NCBI GenBank assembly: GCA_030427205.1
Contig: JAUHXC010000011.1
Coordinates: forward strand, 172,016-236,015
Origin: a bacterium
Lineage (GTDB): Bacteria; Myxococcota_A; Bradymonadia; UBA7976; UBA1532
Reading direction: 5' to 3'
Length of the DNA stretch: 64,000 nt
Positions within the stretch are counted from its first letter, which is position 1, and each line of letters starts with the position of its first letter. A model generated the notes under the pieces. The model did not search any database. It saw only the letters and a program-made list of their open reading frames with translations, and was not told the origin of the DNA. Positions 44,407 to 53,116 of the stretch are shown in pieces. A program made the position numbers and the translations under genes.

Positions 44407-45417
44407 TCAGCCCTGGCTGCTCGCCGCGCGGAAGGCCCGAATCGCGCCGGCCGCGTCGCCCGGGTGGCTCTCGACGGCCGCGCGCAGCCGATCGAGGCTG
44501 GGCGAGATCAGCTCGACGCTGGCCTCGGGCAACAGCTCGAGCTCGGGCTCGAGCATGTTCCAGTCGTTGCCGAGCACCAGCTCTTGCAGCAGCTGATAGG
44601 TCAAGCCGTAGTCGGGCAGGGTCGACTGGGCCATGAGGTAGTAGGTCAGCGCGACCTTGGGCTGGCGCATACCGTAGACGTGGATCTCGCCCATCGTCAG
44701 CATGTAGGTCACCGCCAGCTCGGGGCGCTTCTTGCGCCGCTGCATCTTGTCGATGAGCGCGTGGCAGGTCTCGATGGCCTCTTCCCAGTTCTCGAGCTCG
44801 AGGTCGAGCTTGAGCATCTTGTCGAGCAGCTTGGTCTCGTCGCCCAGCACCTGCCGGGCGCGGATGTAGCACGGGCGGGCCTTCTTGGGGGCGGCCAGCT
44901 TGCGCCAGTGCACATCGCCCAGCTTCTGCCAGGCTCGACCGCCGGCCTCGCCGGGCTGATCGACGAGCCGCTCGACGCACTCGGCCACCTCGGGCCAGCG
45001 GCTGCCCGCCGCGGCCAGCGCGGCCAGGGCCCGCAGGCTGGGGAAGTGGTTGTCGTCGTCTTCGAGCGCCGCCCGCAGATTGCCCGTCGCCTCGTCGCGG
45101 ATCTCGGCCGGCAGGGCCTCGAGGATCGACGGCGCGCCCGGCTCGCCGGCCAGCTGGCGCGCGAGCTGCTCGACGAGGGTGCTCGCCTCCTGGGCGTCGC
45201 CCAGCGCCTCGCTCGCCGCCTCGTGCTCTTCGAGCACCGCCCGCCGCAGCCGGACGAGCGCGACCCGGTAGAACAGGGGTGCGACGAAGGTCGCCGGGAT
45301 CCGCCCGCGGGTGGCCCCGAGCAGGTGCTCGAGGTCACGCTCGACGGCGAACCACGCATCGATGTCCAACTGCCTCGCGTCCATAGCGCGCAGTCTATCA
45401 CCGTATCGGCCCGACAC
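44407..45417 (-). CDS. hypothetical helical-repeat (TPR-like) protein
   Basis: Track ORF (GTG start at 45417; alternative ATG at 45384); helical-repeat character, no catalytic motifs recognised. Confidence 0.4.
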   Translation of the reverse strand: MSGRYGDRLRAMDARQLDIDAWFAVERDLEHLLGATRGRIPATFVAPLFYRVALVRLRRAVLEEHEAASEALGDAQEASTLVEQLARQLAGEPGAPSILEALPAEIRDEATGNLRAALEDDDNHFPSLRALAALAAAGSRWPEVAECVERLVDQPGEAGGRAWQKLGDVHWRKLAAPKKARPCYIRARQVLGDETKLLDKMLKLDLELENWEEAIETCHALIDKMQRRKKRPELAVTYMLTMGEIHVYGMRQPKVALTYYLMAQSTLPDYGLTYQLLQELVLGNDWNMLEPELELLPEASVELISPSLDRLRAAVESHPGDAAGAIRAFRAASSQG

Positions 45418-45545
45418 AACGATCTCTTGCCGGCGGTCTGCTCTGCGCCGCGGGCGGCCCGCGGGGTGATGCCCGTCTCCCGGGGTAGACGCGTCCGGGA
45501 CGCAGGGTTACACTGCGTCGGCACTCATCCCCCTCGAGGAGCACC

Positions 45546-46367
45546 ATGCGTCGCATCGCTGCTGCGTTCACCGCGCTGACCATCGCCGCGGGGCCCGCGC
45601 TCGCCACCGAGCCCGGCCAGACGATCGATCCGACCGCCGCCCCCGCGCCGGGTGTGTTGATCGCCCAGGCGGGCATCGACGCGCTCGACGCCGATATGGA
45701 CGACGAGATCTCCCTGGAGGACTTGCAGAGGATCGAGTTCGACGAGAGCGCGCAGTCCCTCGGCGCGGCCATCGGGCTCAGCCTGATCCCCGGGGCCGGC
45801 TGGGGGCTGATGTACGCCGACAAGTCCGCGCAGTCGACGGTGCCCTTCCTGCTGTCGGCGGTGGGCTACTCGCTGGGCGCGATGTACATGGCCGGCCTCT
45901 TCGATGAGCAGGCCACCCAGATCTGCAACCATGTGCGCGACGGCCGGGTCGGCTTCGACGAGTGCGGGTACGGCGACATCGTCTTCGACCCCAACGTCGA
46001 CCAGATCGACAACAACGACATCGACCCCCGCGACAACCAGAACCCGGCGCGGGCCTACTTCGCCACCAAGTCCGACTACGAGTACGCCACCCGCGGCGAA
46101 GACTTCGACGGCACCACCACCGGGCTGATCATCCTCGGCAGCACCTACGTGGTCACCACGCTCATCGGCGCGGTGTGGGCCGGCTCGACGGTCTACGAGT
46201 TCAACGAGCAGCTGCGCAAGGACATCGAGTCGACCGCCGGCCGCGACGCCGTCGCCCGCGCCGAGGACGTGCGGGCGAGCGAGCCCGCCGTCGAGGCGCT
46301 GCCGCCGCGGCCCTACTTCGGCTACACCGGCCGCGAGGGCGTCGTGGGGCTCGTGCTCGACTTCTGA
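45546..46367 (+). CDS. hypothetical exported membrane protein
   Basis: Signal peptide MRRIAAAFTALTIAAGPALA; two hydrophobic segments; Asp/Asn-rich loop DQIDNNDIDPRDNQNP. Confidence 0.45.
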   Translation: MRRIAAAFTALTIAAGPALATEPGQTIDPTAAPAPGVLIAQAGIDALDADMDDEISLEDLQRIEFDESAQSLGAAIGLSLIPGAGWGLMYADKSAQSTVPFLLSAVGYSLGAMYMAGLFDEQATQICNHVRDGRVGFDECGYGDIVFDPNVDQIDNNDIDPRDNQNPARAYFATKSDYEYATRGEDFDGTTTGLIILGSTYVVTTLIGAVWAGSTVYEFNEQLRKDIESTAGRDAVARAEDVRASEPAVEALPPRPYFGYTGREGVVGLVLDF

Positions 46368-46437
46368 GCCGCGCCCCTGCGCTGCCCCCTTCGCCGCGCC
46401 CGCCCGTTCGCCGCCCCGCCCGATCCGCCATTCCGTC

Positions 46438-47343
46438 TTGATCGCCCTGCTGCTCGCCATCGCCGCCAGCGCCACCATGGCCCTAGTGCTCAAGCTCTCC
46501 GAGAGCCGCGACCTCGATCGCTACGCGGTCACCGCCATCAACTACGTGATCGCCGCGGGCGGCGCGGCGCTGATGGGCCTGGGCCTCGACTGGGGCGCGG
46601 TCTTCGCCCCCGGGATGCAGCAGACCATCATCGACGCGGTGCTCTCCGGCGAGCGGGTCGCGCCGGCCCACGGGCCCACCTGGGCCGCCCGCTGGGGGCT
46701 GGTGACCGGGGTCTTGCTCTTCGCCGGCCTGATCAGCCTGCAGATCGCCATCCGGCGTCACGGGGTCGGGCTGTCGACGGCGATGGCCAAGCTGGGGGTG
46801 CTGGTGCCGATGACCCTGGCCATCGGCCTGTGGGGTGAGCACCCGCAGCCGGTGCAGTGGGCCGGCATCGGGCTGGCGCTGGCCGCCATCGTGCTGGCCA
46901 ACTGGCCCGACGACGGCGACCGCTGGCGCGACGCGATCCGCCCGGCGCTGGTCGTCGTGCTCGTCTGCGTCGGGCTCTCCGAGTTCAGCGGCAAGGTCTT
47001 CCAGCAGAACGGGCACCTCGCCGACAAGCCGATCTTCCTCGCGGTGGGCTTCGGCGCCGCCGGCGTCATCGCCTGGCTGGTGGTCGCCGCGCGCCGTCGG
47101 CGGTTCGGGTCGAGCGAGGTCGCGGTGGGCATCGCGGTGGGCGTGCCCAACCTGTTCAGCATCGGCAGCCTCGTCGACGCGCTCGACGTCTTGCCGGCGG
47201 CGGTCGTCTTCCCGATCTTCGCCGCCGGATCGCTGCTCGTCGTGCAGATCGCCGGGGTCGTGGTCTTCGGCGAGCGGCCCGACCGCAAGGGCTGGGCCGC
47301 GGTCGCGCTGACCGGCGTCGCGCTGGTGCTCATCAACCTCTGA
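46438..47343 (+). CDS. EamA/DMT-superfamily transporter (10 TM)
   Basis: Two tandem 5-TM halves, hydrophobicity pattern typical of EamA domains. Confidence 0.6.
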   Translation: MIALLLAIAASATMALVLKLSESRDLDRYAVTAINYVIAAGGAALMGLGLDWGAVFAPGMQQTIIDAVLSGERVAPAHGPTWAARWGLVTGVLLFAGLISLQIAIRRHGVGLSTAMAKLGVLVPMTLAIGLWGEHPQPVQWAGIGLALAAIVLANWPDDGDRWRDAIRPALVVVLVCVGLSEFSGKVFQQNGHLADKPIFLAVGFGAAGVIAWLVVAARRRRFGSSEVAVGIAVGVPNLFSIGSLVDALDVLPAAVVFPIFAAGSLLVVQIAGVVVFGERPDRKGWAAVALTGVALVLINL

Positions 47344-47351
47344 GCCGACGG

Positions 47352-48521
47352 TCAGCCGCGCGGCACCGGATTGCGCGGCCCCAGATCGCCCAGGACCCCG
47401 TCGACGATACGATCGTAGCCCAGGCGCCGCGCCCGGGCGGCGCGCTCGGCGCGGGCGCCCGCCGGCTCATCGGCGACGCTGGCCGCGCCGTGCACCAGCG
47501 CCGCCGCCAGCGCAGGCACCGAGCCCGCGGCGAAGAGCCGGCCGTCGGCCGGGCCGGTCAGCAGCCAATCCATCGAGCCGCCGTCCGCCAGCACGCCGAA
47601 GAGGCCGGTGCCCAGCGCCTCCTGGGCCGAGATCGACGGCCGCACGAAGACCGCCAGATCGGCCGCGCGAAACGCGTCCGCCAGCGCCTGCCGATCGCCG
47701 AACGGTCGCCGGTGCAGGCGCGCCCGATGTCGGCTGCTGTCGAGCGCCGCCGCCATCCGCCGGCTCACCGGGCCATCGTCGAAGCCCACGAACAGGCCAT
47801 CCAGCGTCGGCGACCGGTCCATCGCCCGCTCGAGCCCGGCCAGCGCCATGGTCAGGGCCGCCTGCTTCTCGGGCGCAAAGCGCGACGAGACCACCGCGAC
47901 CACCCGGCCGGCGTGGCGCGCCGGGCGCGGCGCCTCGACGAAGCCGAAGACCCGCGGATCGAAGCCCAGCGGCGTCGGCCGCAGCTTCGGCTCGGCCAGC
48001 GCCCGCAGCCGGCGGGGCAGCAGGTCGAGCACGATGCCCGCCGTCTCGGGGGTATTGCAGACCACGCGCTCGGCCCGCTGCGCGGCCAGGGCCACCGCCG
48101 GGCCGCGGATCAGGCGGTAGGCCAGGGCCAGCCCGCGCTCGCGCAAAGGCGCCGACCCGCGCCAGTCGAAGGCGTGCATCTGTCGGTTCTGGCCCATGAA
48201 CGCCACCAGCGGCACGCCGGACAACGCCCGGTCGCGGGCCATGTCGACCCCGAAGCCCTGCGGCGGGCCGAACCACAGGATCAGATCGGGCGCGAAGCGG
48301 CGGACCGCGGGCGCCAGCGCCCGACTGTAGAAGAGGTGACGCGCGGGCAGGCCGTAGGCGGGCACCCGCTCATGGTGGCCTGACACCGCAGCGCGGCCGG
48401 GCGCACCCGGGCTGAAGACCCGGACCGTCTGGCCCCGGCGGACCAGCTCCTCGGTCCAGAGGTTCTCCTGATAGCTGAAGCCGGCCCGGAACGAGCCGCT
48501 GACCACCGCGATCCGGCCCAC
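47352..48521 (-). CDS. glycosyltransferase (GT-B fold, family 1/4-like)
   Basis: MGRIAVVSGSFRAGFSYQENL... N-terminal acceptor domain and C-terminal E..(8)..E-like region; assignment by overall pattern only. Confidence 0.5.
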   Translation of the reverse strand: MGRIAVVSGSFRAGFSYQENLWTEELVRRGQTVRVFSPGAPGRAAVSGHHERVPAYGLPARHLFYSRALAPAVRRFAPDLILWFGPPQGFGVDMARDRALSGVPLVAFMGQNRQMHAFDWRGSAPLRERGLALAYRLIRGPAVALAAQRAERVVCNTPETAGIVLDLLPRRLRALAEPKLRPTPLGFDPRVFGFVEAPRPARHAGRVVAVVSSRFAPEKQAALTMALAGLERAMDRSPTLDGLFVGFDDGPVSRRMAAALDSSRHRARLHRRPFGDRQALADAFRAADLAVFVRPSISAQEALGTGLFGVLADGGSMDWLLTGPADGRLFAAGSVPALAAALVHGAASVADEPAGARAERAARARRLGYDRIVDGVLGDLGPRNPVPRG

Positions 48522-48524
48522 CGC

Positions 48525-49316
48525 TCAGGTGCCGCCGGCCGCGCCCGCTTCGCCGCGCTCGAAGATGAGGATGTACTGCCGCGACAGGGTCTCTTCGTCG
48601 CGCACCACCGCCCGATAGCCGGCGGCCTTCATCTCGGCCTCGACGGTCTCCGGCGCCAGCCGCATTGCCGGCGGCGGCCCCTTGCCTTCGAACTCGAGCT
48701 TGTAGTCGACGATCGCCACCCGGCCCGCCGGCTTCAGCGACGACGCGAGGCGGGTGAAGTAGGCCGTGCGGTCGCCGATGTGGTGGTAGGTATTGGTCAG
48801 CATCACCAGATCGACCGGCTGGGGGATGCGCGCGTCGTCGACGGTCGCCTCGATCGGCTCGACGTTGCTCAGGCCCATCTGCGCCGCCCGCTGGCCGAGG
48901 TACTCGACCATCTTCGGCGCGAGGTCGATGGCGTAGACCGTGCCCTCGGGCGCCTTCTGGGCCAGCCGCATCGCGAAGTAGCCGGTGCCGGCGCCGATGT
49001 CGGCGATCAGATCAGCCGGCTTCGGCGCGATCACCGCCAGCACGGCGTCGGGCTTCTGCCACGCGTCGCGCTCGGCGGTGTCCCACTTACCGGCCCACTC
49101 GGCCGGGTTGTCGAAGCGGTGGTGGTGGTGGCCGTGCTTCGCGCCGTGGTGGCCGTGCTTCTCGCCGTGGTGCATGTGCTCACCGTGGGGCTGGCTGGTC
49201 GGGGCGGCGTGCGTATCGCCGGCCGGCGCAGGCGCCCCGCCGCACCCGGCGAGCCACAGGCCCGCCGCCAGCAGAGCGAGCGGCGATACGAGCCACGACA
49301 GAGCGCGGTACTGCAT
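48525..49316 (-). CDS. exported class-I SAM-dependent methyltransferase lipoprotein with His-rich N-terminal segment
   Basis: MQYRALSWLVSPLALLAAGLWLAGC lipobox; HGEHMHHGEKHGHHGAKHGHHHH tract; DIGAGTGYF motif I; three alternative in-frame ATGs (49316, 49331, 49346) within a 15-bp tandem triplication. Confidence 0.55.
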   Translation of the reverse strand: MQYRALSWLVSPLALLAAGLWLAGCGGAPAPAGDTHAAPTSQPHGEHMHHGEKHGHHGAKHGHHHHRFDNPAEWAGKWDTAERDAWQKPDAVLAVIAPKPADLIADIGAGTGYFAMRLAQKAPEGTVYAIDLAPKMVEYLGQRAAQMGLSNVEPIEATVDDARIPQPVDLVMLTNTYHHIGDRTAYFTRLASSLKPAGRVAIVDYKLEFEGKGPPPAMRLAPETVEAEMKAAGYRAVVRDEETLSRQYILIFERGEAGAAGGT

Positions 49317-49378
49317 GAGGGAGGACTGCATGAGGGGGGACTGCATGGCCGGCAGGCTGCACCATCGACCGCCCGCCG

Positions 49379-49930
49379 TCAATCGAGCGGAGCGCCCGGG
49401 CCGCTGTCATCCGGCCCGTCGGGCCCGCCGCGATGCCCGCGCTTGCCGCGGTGACCGCGCTTGCCGCGCTTGCCGCGGGCGCGCCGCTCGCTGCGCATCT
49501 GCTTGAGCTGGCTGCGCTGCTCGGGGGTCAGCATGCCGCGCACGTCGAGCATCAGCCCGATCTGGTGCTGCCGCAGGCGGGTCTCGAGATCACCCACCTC
49601 CTCGACCCGCGTCATCACCGCGCCCTTGTCCGGCGCGTCGGCGTCGAGGGCCCGCCGCAGCTCCAGCTTGGCCAGCTCGAGCTTCGCCTTGAGGTCGATG
49701 CCGATCTTCTCGGCCTGATAGACGCGGTCCTTGATGCGCGACAGGGTCGCGTCGTCGAGGCCGAGCCGGCCGGCGGCCCGCTCGAGCATGCGCAGGTTGA
49801 ACTCGGCCCCCGGCCGGCCGTGGCCGGGCCCGCCGGGTCCCTTGCGGGCGAGGGCGGTGCCCGCCGTCGCCATGAGGAAGGCCAACAGCAGCGTGAGCGG
49901 GACGAAGAGCGTACGGGTCGGGCGGTTCAT
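49379..49930 (-). CDS. periplasmic LTXXQ-motif protein (CpxP/Spy/ZraP family-like)
   Basis: ATGA overlap with anti-sigma stop; signal peptide MNRPTRTLFVPLTLLLAFLMATAGTALA; LTPEQRSQL motif; polybasic Gly/Arg/Lys tail. Confidence 0.55.
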   Translation of the reverse strand: MNRPTRTLFVPLTLLLAFLMATAGTALARKGPGGPGHGRPGAEFNLRMLERAAGRLGLDDATLSRIKDRVYQAEKIGIDLKAKLELAKLELRRALDADAPDKGAVMTRVEEVGDLETRLRQHQIGLMLDVRGMLTPEQRSQLKQMRSERRARGKRGKRGHRGKRGHRGGPDGPDDSGPGAPLD

Positions 49931-50484
49931 GGCCAGTCCTCCGCGTAGGGGTCGTAGGGTTCGATGTCGATGAGGCCGGCGAGCACGGTGTACTCGTCGG
50001 GCAGGTACGCCGGGGCGCTGTCGGTCTCGGCGTCGGCTTCGGCGTCGTTCTCGTTGTCGGCGGCGCCCGTCTCGGCGGCCAGCGCCGCGCGCTGCGCCAG
50101 GGTCGGCACCGCCAGCGGGTCGGCCGGCAGCACCGTCGAGCCGCCGAGCCAGTCGGCGGCGCTGTCGTCCACCAGCCAGTCGAGCTCCGGCGACGCGTCG
50201 TCGAGCGCGGGCGCGGCGGCCATCGCCGGCAGCGCCACCGGCTCGCCGGGCGCGCCCAGCGGCTCGGGGGCGCGCAGCGCGAAGAGCGCCACCGCCGCCG
50301 CCGCGCCGGTCACCGCCAGGCCCCACAGCCCCCAGCGCCGCCGCTGCTGGCGCTCGATGCACGCCCGCAGCCGGGCGTCGAAGCGGGTGCGCTCGACCTC
50401 GGTCAGCGGCGGCGGGGCATAACCCCGGCGGATCTGGTCGATCAGCCGGCGGTCGGCGTCGTCTCGGATATCCGACGGGTTCAT
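49927..50484 (-). CDS. transmembrane anti-sigma factor
   Basis: ATGA overlap with sigma gene; cytoplasmic N-term, TM WGLWGLAVTGAAAAVALFAL, acidic periplasmic C-term. Confidence 0.55.
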   Translation of the reverse strand: MNPSDIRDDADRRLIDQIRRGYAPPPLTEVERTRFDARLRACIERQQRRRWGLWGLAVTGAAAAVALFALRAPEPLGAPGEPVALPAMAAAPALDDASPELDWLVDDSAADWLGGSTVLPADPLAVPTLAQRAALAAETGAADNENDAEADAETDSAPAYLPDEYTVLAGLIDIEPYDPYAEDWP

Positions 50485-51044
50485 GCCGCCTCCTCTCGCA
50501 GATCGTTCAGCTCGGCGCGCAGCTTCTTGAGCGCGCGGTGCAGGTGGCTCTTGACCGTGCCCGGCGCTCGGCCGAGCACCGCGGCGGTCTCCTCGACGGT
50601 CAGCCCCTCGAGGTGGATGCAGGTGAACGCCTCCCGCTGACCGGCGGAGAGGGTCTGCATCGCCTGGGCGATGCGCTGCTGCATGCCCCCGTCGGGGGTC
50701 GGCGGCTCGATGGCGCCCTGGGGCACCTCGCCGTCTTTGCTCAGCAGGCCCAGCTTGTCGCGCACCCCGTGCCAGCGCTGATGGCTGCGCACCTGGCGCA
50801 CCAGGATGCGGTGGAACCACGTCGACAGCTTGGCCTCGCCGCGGAAGCCGTCCAGCCCGCGCCAGGCCTTGACGAAGGCCTGCTGGGTCACGTCCTCCGC
50901 CGCCGCCCGGTCGCCGCCGAGCAGCCGCCAGGCCAACGCCACCGCCCGGTCGCGATGCGCGGCGACGAAGGCGTCGAAGCGCTGCGCGCGGGTCAGGTCG
51001 GCGGCCAGGGCGATCTCGGTCACGGGCGGCTCCATCGGGTTCAT
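50481..51044 (-). CDS. ECF RNA polymerase sigma factor
   Basis: Region 2 (EDVTQQAFVKAWR) and region 4 (LTVEETAAVLGRAPGTVKSHLHRA). Confidence 0.75.
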   Translation of the reverse strand: MNPMEPPVTEIALAADLTRAQRFDAFVAAHRDRAVALAWRLLGGDRAAAEDVTQQAFVKAWRGLDGFRGEAKLSTWFHRILVRQVRSHQRWHGVRDKLGLLSKDGEVPQGAIEPPTPDGGMQQRIAQAMQTLSAGQREAFTCIHLEGLTVEETAAVLGRAPGTVKSHLHRALKKLRAELNDLREEAA

Positions 51045-51121
51045 CGACTCAGAGGCGGGTGGCGGTGATGCGGTTTACGGGGGCTCGAAGAAAGGCGGGA
51101 ACGCGACGAGCGCCGATGAGC

Positions 51122-51958
51122 TCAATCGGCCGTACGCCGGGCTACCAGCGCCCGGCTCAGCGCGCCCAGCTCGTCCAGCGACAGCGCCTCGCCGCGGGCC
51201 GTGGGGTCGACCCCCGCCGCTTCGAGCAGCGCCACCGGGTCGGCGCAGACCGAGCGCAGCGCGCGGCGGGCCATCTTGCGCCGCTGGGCGAAGAGCGCGC
51301 GCACCACCGCGCGATAGGCCTTGGGGTCGCCCACGTCGATCGCCGGCGCCGGCCGGCGCTCCATGACCAGCACCGCGCTGTGCACCTTGGGCGGCGGGTG
51401 GAACGCCTGCGGCCCCACCTGAAACGCCAGCGTCGAGATCGACCACAGCGCCGCCTGGGCCGACAGCGCGCTGGTGCCGCGCTCGCCGGGCGGGGCGGCG
51501 AGGCGGGCGGCGAACTCCTGCTGCAAGAGGAAGCACGCCCGGGTCCACGCCATGGGCGCCGCGAGCAGCCCGAGCACGATCTGGGTCGAGAGGTGGTAGG
51601 GCAGGTTGCCGTAGATCACCAGCGGGCCGCCGTTGGCCTCGGCCTCGGCGGCCCAGTCGACGTCGAGCACGTCGCCCTCGCGGATGGTGACCGCCTCCTG
51701 CCCGGCGAGCTCGCTCTCCAGCACCGGGATGAGGGTGCGGTCGCGCTCGAGGGCGATGACCCGCCCGGCGCGGGCGGCCAGGGCGTGGGTCAATGTGCCC
51801 ACCCCGGCCCCGATCTCGAAGACCGTATCGCCGGCCCGCGCGCCGCCCGCCGCCGCGATGCGGTCGGGCACGCCCGGGGCCACCAGGAAGTTCTGGCCGA
51901 AGTGCTTCTTGGTCCACAGCCCGTGAGCCCGGAGGATCGTGCGCGGGTCGCGGCTCAT
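51122..51958 (-). CDS. rsmA: 16S rRNA (adenine1518/1519-N6)-dimethyltransferase RsmA/KsgA
   Basis: Internal start MSRDPRTIL (cat 51956..51958); KKHFGQNFL, EIGAGVGTLT, GNLPY motifs; track ORF extended upstream. Confidence 0.85.
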   Translation of the reverse strand: MSRDPRTILRAHGLWTKKHFGQNFLVAPGVPDRIAAAGGARAGDTVFEIGAGVGTLTHALAARAGRVIALERDRTLIPVLESELAGQEAVTIREGDVLDVDWAAEAEANGGPLVIYGNLPYHLSTQIVLGLLAAPMAWTRACFLLQQEFAARLAAPPGERGTSALSAQAALWSISTLAFQVGPQAFHPPPKVHSAVLVMERRPAPAIDVGDPKAYRAVVRALFAQRRKMARRALRSVCADPVALLEAAGVDPTARGEALSLDELGALSRALVARRTAD

Positions 51959-53040
51959 CGGGCAGCCTCGAGGGGCCGGTGCAGGCGCCAGGACGCGATG
52001 GCGGTCATCCGGCGGTCTTCGGGGGCATGCCCCGGGCCGAGGGCGGCGATGCGGGCCTGGGCGTTGGCGAAGGCGGCCCCGGCGATCATCGCCGCGTTGT
52101 CGGTGCACCAGCGCGGCCGCGGCACTTGCAGCGCGACCCCGTCTTCGGCCAGGGCGTCGCGCATGCGCTGGCGCAGCACCGAGTTGCAGGCCACGCCGCC
52201 GCTGAGCACCACGTCGCCCGCGCCCACCTGCGCCGCCGCCCGCCGGGTGCGCAGCACGAGCTGGTCGACCGCCGCCCGCTGGAAGCTGGCGAGCAGATCG
52301 GCCCGCGCCTGCCCCTCGGGCAGGCCCTCGGCGGCGTGACGCTTGATCCAGGTCAAGACCGCGGTCTTGAGCCCGCTGAAGCTGAAGTCGAGCTGCGCCC
52401 GCGGGCCGCCGTCCTTGAAGCGCGGCTGGGGGAACCGGATCGCCTCCGGGTCGCCGGGGCGGGCCAGCCGCTCGACGACCGGGCCGCCGGGATAGCCCAG
52501 GCCCAGCATGCGGCTGACCTTGTCGAACGCCTCGCCGGCGGCGTCGTCCCGGGTATTGGAGAGCTGATGCACGGTGGTCGGGTCGTCGACCCGGTACAGC
52601 GCGGTGTGCCCGCCGCTGACCGCCAGGGCCACGTGGGGCCAGGCCGGCCCGGCGGGCTTCGGCTCGTCGGGGCGATGCAGGAAGACCGCGTGCAGGTGCC
52701 CGGCGAGGTGATGCACCGGCACCAGCGGCTTGTCGTGGGCGAAGGCCAGCGCCTTGGCCACCTGCAGGCCGACGAGCAGCGCGCCGACCAGCCCCGGCCC
52801 GCGGGTGATGCCGATGGCGTCGATGTCGGCCCAGGTCAGCCCGGCGTCGCTCAGCGCCTGACGCACCACGGGCACGATGTCGACGACGTGGTTGCGGCTG
52901 GCGAGCTCGGGCACCACGCCGCCGTAGCGGGCGTGCACCTCGATCTGGGTCGCCACCGGATCGGCCAGCACCCGGTGGCCGTCCTCGACGATGGCGCAGG
53001 CGGTCTCGTCACAGCTCGTCTCGATGGCGAGGATCTTCAT
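51955..53040 (-). CDS. tsaD: tRNA N6-adenosine threonylcarbamoyltransferase TsaD (Kae1/Gcp family)
   Basis: MKILAIETSCDETA..., HxxGH metal motif (HHLAGHL), SGGVACN; 4-bp overlap with rsmA. Confidence 0.9.
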   Translation of the reverse strand: MKILAIETSCDETACAIVEDGHRVLADPVATQIEVHARYGGVVPELASRNHVVDIVPVVRQALSDAGLTWADIDAIGITRGPGLVGALLVGLQVAKALAFAHDKPLVPVHHLAGHLHAVFLHRPDEPKPAGPAWPHVALAVSGGHTALYRVDDPTTVHQLSNTRDDAAGEAFDKVSRMLGLGYPGGPVVERLARPGDPEAIRFPQPRFKDGGPRAQLDFSFSGLKTAVLTWIKRHAAEGLPEGQARADLLASFQRAAVDQLVLRTRRAAAQVGAGDVVLSGGVACNSVLRQRMRDALAEDGVALQVPRPRWCTDNAAMIAGAAFANAQARIAALGPGHAPEDRRMTAIASWRLHRPLEAAR

Positions 53041-53116
53041 GCCGGGCTCCGCGGTGGCTGTGGGTGGATGGGCTGCTCGACCAACGCTCGGGCGAGAAGA
53101 TGCGCCGCGGGCGGCG

